64,000 nt of DNA from Octopus vulgaris (Eukaryota): assembly GCA_951406725.2 (NCBI GenBank), contig OX597820.1, positions 127,472,001 to 127,536,000 of the forward strand. Direction: 5' to 3'. Below are positions 55,268-64,000 of this stretch, piece after piece. Position 1 is the first letter of the stretch, and every line of letters starts with the position of its first letter. A program made the translations under genes and the position numbers. The notes under the pieces were generated by a model. The model ran no database searches. It worked only from the letters and a program-made list of their open reading frames with translations, and was not told the DNA's origin.

Positions 55268-56075
55268 GGCAGTGACCTGGCAGAATTGTTGGGAAGCCGA
55301 ACAAAATGCTTTTTTTCGGCTTTACGTTCTGAATTCCACCGTGGTCGGCTTTGCCTTCCATTCTTTCAGGTTTGATGAAATAAGCATTTGACGACTGGGG
55401 TCTATATAATCGACTTACTGCCCTTCCCCCCAAATTTCAGGTCTTCTACTTTTAGTAGACAGGATTATATTATCATATATTATAAGTGTTGTTCGGCTAT
55501 GAATTGAAGAGAGTCGGATAATAATGACTTGCACTATTTATTCTGGTTAAGGCGGCGTGCGAGCAGAATCCTAAGCAGGCCTTGTAAAATGCTAAGCGAC
55601 ATTTCGTCTGCCTTTACGTTTTGAGTTCAAATTTGTACCCAGGTCGACTTTACCTTTCATCCTTTCGGGGGTCGATAAAATAAGTACCAATTGAGTCCGG
55701 GGTTAGGTGGAGGGGTCGATATAATCAACTTACCCTTTCCTCGAAGTTGTTGACCGTGTGTCAAAATTTGAAATCTATATTTGTTCTGGCTTGAGCTGGC
55801 AGAATCGTTAGTACGCCCGACAATGTGCTTAGCGGCATTTCGTCCGTCGTTACGTTCTGAGATCACATTCCACCGGGGTCGACTTTGCTTTTCATCCTTT
55901 CCAGGTCGATAAAAATAAGTACCATTTGAGTACTGGAGCCAATGTAATCGACTTATCTCCTTCTCCGAAATTGCTGGCCTTGTGCCAAAATTCTAAACCA
56001 ATATTTCTTTTGGCTCTGTGGACTTTCAACTTTGTCTTTCATTCTTTCAGGGTCGATAAGTAAGGTAACAGTCAA
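55268..56075 (+). mobile_element. Cluster of 3-4 head-to-tail diverged SINEs (45683-45910 family)
   Basis: Repeated GGCAGAATCGTTAG...GTCGACTTTGCCTTTCATCCTTTC...GTCGATAAAATAAGTACC blocks. Confidence 0.78.
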
Positions 56076-58039
56076 AGGTGAAGCGTAGGCAAAATTCAAA
56101 TAAGATCGGACGAGAAAGTTTTTGCGACGAGACAGGAATGCCAACTAATGCCAAAATCTCCATGCCTTTTCGTTGGCACGGAGAGAGTAACTTGCATGGG
56201 CTACAGCTGGTCTTTTACTAAGGGAGAAAAACCCTTGTCTTCGTCTGCACTTTCAAGAATAAACTTATATGGTCTAACGAGGTATACCGATGTCTCTGTG
56301 ATACAAATATTTGCTTCCAGCACCTAAATGATGTCTTTATATATATTAGAGCCAGCCACCTTATATATACCATGCTTTTGTTTACTAAATGGAGAGAGAT
56401 GCATCAGTTCCTTGTACTCATTTCAGCTTAGTAGACTGTAGTAGTAGCCTGGCAAAGTGCTTTACTCGGTGATACAATGTGCCAGGCGGCTGGCACATTG
56501 TATAGGAATGGAACCTACTCATTACTATCGTGAATTAAGTATCCCTGACAACTCGGCCACACCCTAACTATGACAGTTTGACTTATCTGCTCTTCATGCA
56601 AATATTGTCCGCTAGGTTTGCTGTAGTCTGAATTAAATTTTGCCAATTAATTCAGTAATTAAATTTCAAGCAATCCCAGGTTTTAATTATAATAAATGGA
56701 GCTCAAGTTTTTTTTTTTAATGTACAGCATTCGTTATGGTTTGTTTTTTCAACGATAATTTCTCTTACGATCTCATAGTTTCTCTGTTATTTATTTCTGT
56801 ATTATCTTCTTTCGAAGAACATCGGAATTCTTTAGTTTTGTGTAATTTAATGTCTTGCAAGGAATCTTATCTGCAGGAAATTAGTATAGATATTTCCCGA
56901 TCTTACATCGACGCTTGCCTTCCTATGATTCTCTTTCCAGCATGAATTATTTCTCTTGCTTTTCTTCACTTCCTCGCTTAATAGTATTCGTGTGTTGGAA
57001 AAACATATCCACATGAAGAAAACAACACTAATATAGTTCTCTCTCCGCCTATCTCTCTTTCATAGACACAAGCACAAATACGAGTTAAGAAGTAGTGTAA
57101 GCAAAGAGAAAGAATTCCCACTAGAACATATTTTCATGATTATGGTTGCGATAACGAAAACTGCGAAACTGGGTATTACATTTCTTTTTATTCTACTTTG
57201 GAGGAAAGAAAAAGACAAAAAAAATAATAATAATAACAAATTAGTTCTAGCAATTCGTTTTATTTGCTACTGTAATTACTACAGATAACTTTACGTTCTT
57301 GGGTTCAAATCCCGCTCATGCCGACCAACCTTATTTCCCCCTCGCTTCCGGCGTCTTTAAAACGGAGACCACTCAAGTCGATATAATCGACTATTATACT
57401 CGAACCATATTTTGTCTGTGGTTATGTTAGAGATCAATTACTGTAGATATTGTTAGGATTACTGCGGCATCTCACATCACACTGAGTCACATATGCGATA
57501 CAAGTTATCTATTTCTCTCAGACCTAATAGCAACGCATTTTATATCGTATTGTGAATTGATCATGATTTGTTTTAATTAACCAAAATGAATTATTCTAAG
57601 AGCGAATCAGGTATAGATAATTACATTTACACAAGTATATTACTGGTACCTCATTAATTTTCCCAGACAAGGAAGACCATGTTTTAGCTTTTATTTCAGA
57701 ATCACGAAAAACGGAATTAAATAAAATGAGGCAGCTAGTTTCGTTCTTCGTTACATATACATCCATTCCCCTCATTACTTGAGCTAATTCCACTACCATC
57801 AACTAAGTGTCAGTTGCTCGACCAGTCTAAAAATTGTGATATTTGATACTGGAGTTAACCCATGCCTTACTGAATGAAATCAAAATGGACATAAAATAGA
57901 TCAGTCCTGAAGAAGCTCCCGAAACTGAGTGCATTTGTAGAAATTGCGTTTTGCAGTCCTTCAGCTTGTTTTGAGCAGATGGCATTAAACATTCTGAGTT
58001 AATGCATGGAACATACAATTTAATGTAATTCAGACTGCC

Positions 58040-58340
58040 CCTTGGTCCCAGCAGACGAAATGGAAAAGGTGTTGCTCTGGAGGATGGTGAAGGAGATGTA
58101 CTGGAACTGTCACTCTGACACATGGGGCCTGAACTTGTGGTCAGCCATCACCACCCTGATAATGGTGAGCAGGGATATGTTCTGAGGGAGATGGTGTGAG
58201 AATGCTGTAGGTTTCCACTGCCACAGGCTCAACCATAAATCTGTCAGAGAGTGACCAATACCTTGATGGTTTGCTTTTCTCAGCCTGATGAGCAGCGGAG
58301 CCTGGGCTGGTAGCTGACGTTATGAAGCATGTTGGATGTA
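58040..58340 (-). pseudogene. CRE-like LINE restriction-endonuclease C-terminal remnant
   Basis: GSAAHQAEKSKPSRYWSLSDRFMVEPVAVETY and FQYISFTILQSN resemble the AA..AE..K..KY..L...F.P.AVET.G and QR.S..IQRGN motifs. Confidence 0.55.
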
Positions 58341-58533
58341 TATGTTATGGCTAATCTTGTTACCACCCTCATTGTTCAAGTATGGAGTGGCTCAAAGGTT
58401 CCATAGGTTTGGAAAGATGCTATAGTGAAAAGAGAAAAGGTGTCAAGACCAACTATAGTGACATATATTATTTCTTAACTTCTAATTAGCTGGTGAGATA
58501 TTCACCAGACCTTCATTGGATATGTATATATAA

Positions 58534-58748
58534 CCCTTTAGCATTCAGATTACTCTGTCAAATGTAATGCTTATTTATTCATATTGATATGAATTAATCT
58601 TGCATTACCTTGTATCTTTGAGACTTTAATGATTGTTTATGATTAGAATAATATTGATGGGTAAGTGTGAGAGACCAGATCTGGCCAGTTTGAAGATAAA
58701 GCAGGTAAATTATTTTGGCCAGATATGGCTTGTTTAAATGCTGAAGGG
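58534..58748. mobile_element. piggyBac-like MITE
   Basis: CCCTTTAGCATT...AATGCTGAAGGG termini, ATAA/TTAA flanks; second copy at 61629. Confidence 0.72.
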
Positions 58749-59515
58749 TTAAAAGTTGACAGTTTCATATGTTGTGAAAGATAGAAAATAATTTATTTTT
58801 TTCATTGTTTAGCATTTGAAATATTATTCAGGCTTTATATAAAAATCAACAGTCCAATTTGCAGAGCATAAAACATTAATATTTTAGATAATGACCATAT
58901 CTCACAGACGAGTGTGATCTAGCAGCTTGTAACATGCTTTTACTAATTGATTCAGGTGCCTGTCTAGTTATGAGCAGACACACACTCTTTCAACCCTTTC
59001 ATCTTAAACATTGTGGAGCATCAAGGATGTGACAGCAGAGTGTGAGAGAAATACATTAGCGCTTTATTTGGCAATCAGTTTCATCTGAACTGATTGAAGT
59101 AATGTGGAATGAAGTGCCTAGCTGAAGGGCACAACATGCTTGCCCTGTTCAGGAATCAAACCCATGATCTTATGATCATGAATGCAACACCCTGACCACC
59201 AGACCACAGGCCTTCACTGGGTCTTGAGTGTCTGGAACTGTGATACATAAATTTAAAAGAATATATTATTTTGTACTTTCCATCATGTATGTCAATGTGT
59301 ACTAAATTTCCAAACATTACTTTGAAATATAGAACCACAGCATTCCAAATTTATGTTGTCTCCCCACTTGCTATCCTTCATTTGGTTGATAACTGTTGAA
59401 GGATTGAGTATGGACTTGTGTCCATTGTGTGTTTTTTTTTCCATATTTTCCTTTGGTATCTCCATGCCACACCCTGAGCCACATACATTTGTATTACTAT
59501 ATATATATATATATA

Positions 59516-59850
59516 TTTTTTTTACTTGTTTCAGTCATTTGACTGCAGCCATGCTGGAGCATCACTTTGAAGGGTTTTAGTTGAACAAATTGACCCCAGG
59601 ACTTATTTTTTAGCCTAAAACTTATTCTACTGGTCACTTTTGCCAAACCACCAAGTTACAGTGATGTAAACACACTAACACCAGTTGTCAAGCGATGATG
59701 GTGGGGACACAAGGATACACACACACACACATATGCGACGAGCTTCTTTCAGTTTCTGATTATGGAAGACACTTGCCCAAGGTGCCACACAGTGGGACTG
59801 AACCCAGAGCCATGTGGTCAAGAAGCAAGCTTCTTACCACCAAGCCACAA
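59516..59850 (-). mobile_element. SINE (5091-5510 family)
   Basis: Family tail and head. Confidence 0.78.
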
Positions 59851-60546
59851 CTTTGTACAGTGGTGCTTGTGTATGATCCCTCACTGAATGCCTCTGTCCA
59901 ATCTACAACTACTGCTTCCTCCCACTTCCCTGGCCCAGATTAGTGGGTCTCTTCCCTGGGCCACATCCTGTTGATATCTATTCGTCATTCCTCCCATCAT
60001 CACTCACTATCCATATTTACCATTGACCACTCCACCTTTCTTTCTATCATTTTTCTCACATCTCCTTTCACATGTCTGCATCCTTAACCACCCTTCCTGA
60101 TTCTTCTCTCTCCATTCTCATATTTTTATCTTCCTGAGAATGTTACCTTCAGGCTACATTCTGAGATCTCGTCACCACCATATTTATTTCTCCAGCTACC
60201 TTAACCAGGAATTTCTTCCATTGGCATTAAATCATTTCCAATCCCTCCCATCGTGTATTAATCTCTCAGCATCTTGCACAAAGTGGCCACTCTATCTCCT
60301 GTTCTCTCTTGGTCAAAGGGCTTTTTAGTCTTGAGTGTTACAAGGTGACATCAGGAAGTGCATTGACTCATAGAAACCGTATGAGACACTGGAGTAAGAC
60401 ATAAGTCTTGCAACATTTTTAATCCAGTCAAAATGTTTTGCCCATGCAACCATGGAAACCAGATGTATAAATGATGATGGTGATGATGACGATATATATG
60501 TTTGTATACAAATATAAATATATATATTGTGTGTGTGTGTATACAT

Positions 60547-60845
60547 ATAGTTAAAAAGTAAAAGTGGAAACAGTATGAAGGTGTGTGTGACTTTTATAAA
60601 ATATTACTGGTTTTGATGTGTATGTTCATGTTATCAAATATTTAAAATTCAAAGTAAAAAATTAGGAAATAAGAAAAAAATTTATTTTATTTCCTAATAT
60701 TTGACTTTGAATTTTTAATATTTGATAAGGTGGACAGACACATCAAAACCAGTAATTTTTTTTATAAGTGTCACTTAATGTAACAACTATTTAAAAATCT
60801 TTAAACCTACTTTCCTACTGTTTCCACTTTTACTTTTTAACTATA
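60547..60845. repeat. Old imperfect palindrome with a decayed hammerhead-like core
   Basis: TATAGTTAAAAAGTAAAAGTGGAAACAGTA and its reverse complement at the ends; TTGATAAGGTG...CATCAAAACCAGTA at ~60722-60754. Confidence 0.7.
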
Positions 60846-61628
60846 GCTTTTGATTTGTATAGATTCTTAACCCCTTTTCAACTAATATATATTTATATAA
60901 ACACACACTCACACACACACACTGTGTGTGTGAGTGTTTTTGTAATCACACAATGTTTGTTTTGTTACTGATCCCCATTTTCTAATTCATTCTTTGTTGG
61001 TGGACAATAGTTTTTCCTTTCAGAATGTATAAATATATTCTCTTAAAATGTTTGCTTTTAAGCATATATCTGCTTGAAGTACAAATTTTCAAGCATTGTA
61101 CTCAAATTTTAAGTATGATTTTCAGTAATTTGTTAAAAAAACTCCTCTCTGTTTTTCTCTTGGTTTCTAATAAAGTATGATTACTAGATCTATGTCCATT
61201 CATTCTGGGGATGTACAAATATCAACAAGGCTAAATTGTACTCGTTGCTCTATTTCTTCAAATCATCATCATCATTGTTTGATATTTGTTTTCCATGCTG
61301 ACATGGGCCAGAGGGTTTGACAGGAGCTGGCAGGCCAGGATACTGTGCCAAGTTCTACCATCTGCTTTGGCATTATTTCTAAGGCTGGATGTCCTTCCCC
61401 AATGCCAAACTCTTGGGTGCTTTTCTATGTGACACCAACATCAGCAAGATCACTAAGCAACTTGCAAAACAAAGATTCCTCAGAATGAGTGAAGTGTTGA
61501 GGAAGGAGACTTTGCACCAGGTGATGAGAGGGACAGAGACAGGTGTCTTGCTGTAGGGATGATATATGGTTACTCCAGTCAGAGAGAGAGAGAGAAGATG
61601 GTGGCAATGTGCCAGGGTGTACCCTTAA

Positions 61629-61837
61629 TCCTTTAGCATTTAAATTAATTTATCAAATATAATGCTTATTTATCCACATTTAAAAAAAATTGTCATATAT
61701 TGTCTTGAGCTTCAAGATTTTGAAAATATTGTTTATTTTTAGAATGGCATTGTAGGGTAGGTGCGAGTGGCCGCATCTGGCCAGTTTCAACATAAAACAT
61801 GTAGAATATATGGACCAGATATCGCCAGTTTAAAGGG
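61629..61837. mobile_element. piggyBac-like MITE, second copy
   Basis: TTAA on both sides, TCCTTTAG...TAAAGGG termini, internal similarity to 58534-58748. Confidence 0.72.
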
Positions 61838-62419
61838 TTAAGGCACAAGGAATGTAAAAGGAGTGGTACAGAGTGGGTGAGTAGAGTTCATGAGAGTGCA
61901 AATGAGAAGAGAGGAGAAGAATGCAGTGAGTGGTGAAACACATGGATATAGGGGAGTAATAATAGTGTTTATCACTCCTCCCCATTTTCTCATTCATAAT
62001 TGGTTGTGGTAAATAGCATAGATTTTCTTTTAAGATGCTTGTGAATAGTAGACAAACAGCAGGAAATGCAAATAAGGATATCAGCATCAAAGAGCCTCAT
62101 TCACCAAGTGCCAACTATTAATGATGATTAATGAAGATGTAGTGGTACCAATGGCTGTGCACCGTCATGGCTGCAGTTCTCCAACTGAAAGAAGGAAAGA
62201 GTAAATTTAAGCATTGTATTTTTTTTAAAAATTATTCACTTGGCTTTGAATGTTTGAGGATGTAGGGAAATAGTGGGTTCAGTTGAATGGTGATATTAAT
62301 ACCTGCCTGAGATGAGGAATTATGTATATTATTTACATTTGACGGATATTTGGTCTGGCTCATCTTGTTTGTTGTTAACACAACAAAGAAGATGAGCCAG
62401 ACCAAGGTTAATGTGGTGG

Positions 62420-64000
62420 TGGAACAGTGAAGTAGTCAGAACCCTAAAAGCAAAAAGACAGGTTCAGAAGAATTTATAAAATGGGTGTAGCTGAAAATTA
62501 TACCAGCTCTATGAAGGGAATCTAGGCAACAAGTCTGTTGAGCAAGGGGAGAACCAGAAAGGAAGAGGTTTGTCACTGTTCTACAGTTGGAGGCATGAAG
62601 TGTTCCAGTTTGCAAGACGATAAAGCAAAGAAGAATATGAAGACAAGGAAAGCCCCTGGTTCAACGAGAATTATCCTTGGGATGCTGAACATTTTTGGCT
62701 GAGTGGGATACTACTTAGTCACCCATATTGCTAATCAGGTTGTAGAAGAAGCTATCCGGTCCAAAGACTGTTTTAGCAGCATTGTGTTTGACTGTTACAA
62801 AGGTAATGGTGATGCCTCACAGTGAAGTGATTACTGAGATATCAGATTGCTGGACCAGATTGTGACAATTACAGAAAGTGTTACAGCTCAACTAATTAGG
62901 AAGAGAGCTTAGATGAAATGCAGTTTGCTTTTGTGTCAAGAAGAAGTACTACTGACACTTTCTTTCTAGTAAGACAAGTGCAGGAGAAATATATAGCCAA
63001 GAGCAAACCACTGTACTTGGCGTTTGTTGATCTGGAGAAAGCTTTTGGCAGAGTGTTTTGCTTTGTGATCAGGTGGTTGCTGCAAAATTTATGAGTAGAT
63101 GAATGACTGATGAAAGCCATTCAAGCCATGTACAGGGATGCTATCAGTAAGGTGAAAGTTAACAACAATTGCAACAAAAAATATTTAATATGCAGGTAGG
63201 TGTTCACCAGCGATAAGTTCTCAGTCCTCTCCTATTTGTCATAATTCTCTAATCCATAACAAAGGAGTTTTATATCAAGTGCCTAAAGGAACTCTTCTGT
63301 GCTGATGACCTTCTTACGGTTCAGTCTGTTGTAGAATTTCTTTAATTCTAGGTGTAGAAGCAAAACCTGGAATCAAAGAGCCCAGAAGTTGACTTAGTAA
63401 AGACCAAAGTTGTAGCAAGCAGGAAAACAGACAGCACATTAACCCTATTGGGAAAATGGCCCTGTTTGATATATAGAAGAGGTGTTGGCCGAAATTCCAT
63501 ACAGTGTACCTAGTATAAAGTGCAGTGGAATCACAGGAACATAAATAAAGTAAACTTTGTTTGTGGCAGATACTCAGGAGTAATAAATACAAAGAACACA
63601 CGAGAAATAGGTGTTTACTGGAATGCCTAGGAGGATCCCTAGAGAGAGTTGATAGCTTCTGTTACCAAGTGACCTAATTAGCAGTGGAAGGGGATGTTCT
63701 GCAAGTACAGTTGCCAGAATATGAACTGGCTGGAGAAAGTTCAGAGAGTTGTTGCCTCTGCTGATAAGAAGAGGTCTCCCTCTCTTAGAGTGAAATGCAT
63801 ATTGTATGAACAACATTGCTACATAGTAGTGAAACATTGGCTGTGAATGCAGAAGACTTGTGAAGACTAGAAAGAAGTGAAGCTGGCATGCTTTGTGGAT
63901 ATTAAGAGAAATGAGACATTGTGCAAGAAAGATGACTGGTCTGGACTTATTGTGCCAACAGATGTGGACAGGTGAATAAAGAAGTGCTGATCACTTATGG
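62420..64000 (+). pseudogene. Old degraded RTE-like LINE (related to 22283-23710), runs off the window
   Basis: MQFAFVSRRSTTDTFFLVRQVQEKY...YLAFVDLEKAF, GVHQ..VLSPLLF, CADDL, GWRKFRELLPLL. Confidence 0.85.

Noticed and set aside
57908-57937. Hammerhead-like CTGAAGA-AGCTCCC-GAAACTGAGTG
   Set aside because: No real stem II, no adjacent stem I, and a non-cleavable GUG triplet.

Overview
AT-rich, repeat-saturated animal DNA. The tRNA-derived SINE families and the very long (TA)n/(CA)n tracts point to a coleoid cephalopod such as Octopus (inference). I can support no host protein-coding exon; most ORFs in the track are microsatellite translations (poly-IY/VC). Recognisable coding remnants are all from mobile elements: CR1-group LINEs, three RTE lineages (one with a twin-priming-type 5' inversion and three C-terminal C2H2 fingers), R4/Dong-like and CRE-like restriction-endonuclease LINE ends, a near-complete DD34D mariner and maT-like Tc1/mariner remnants. 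Non-coding elements include a solo LTR, Helitron-like elements, piggyBac-like and other MITEs, and many SINEs with clean TSDs. The main signal is RNA-structural. Short non-coding cassettes between (TA)n tracts repeatedly carry hammerhead ribozyme (HHR) cores. Several are minimal type I HHRs of the Penelope/retrozyme kind, some inside palindromes. One family has the three HHR strands in a non-circularly permuted, pseudoknotted order, supported by compensatory base changes between copies. It occurs once in each unit of an 844-bp tandem array (14526-16919) and at three dispersed loci. All folds were read by eye and none is tested.
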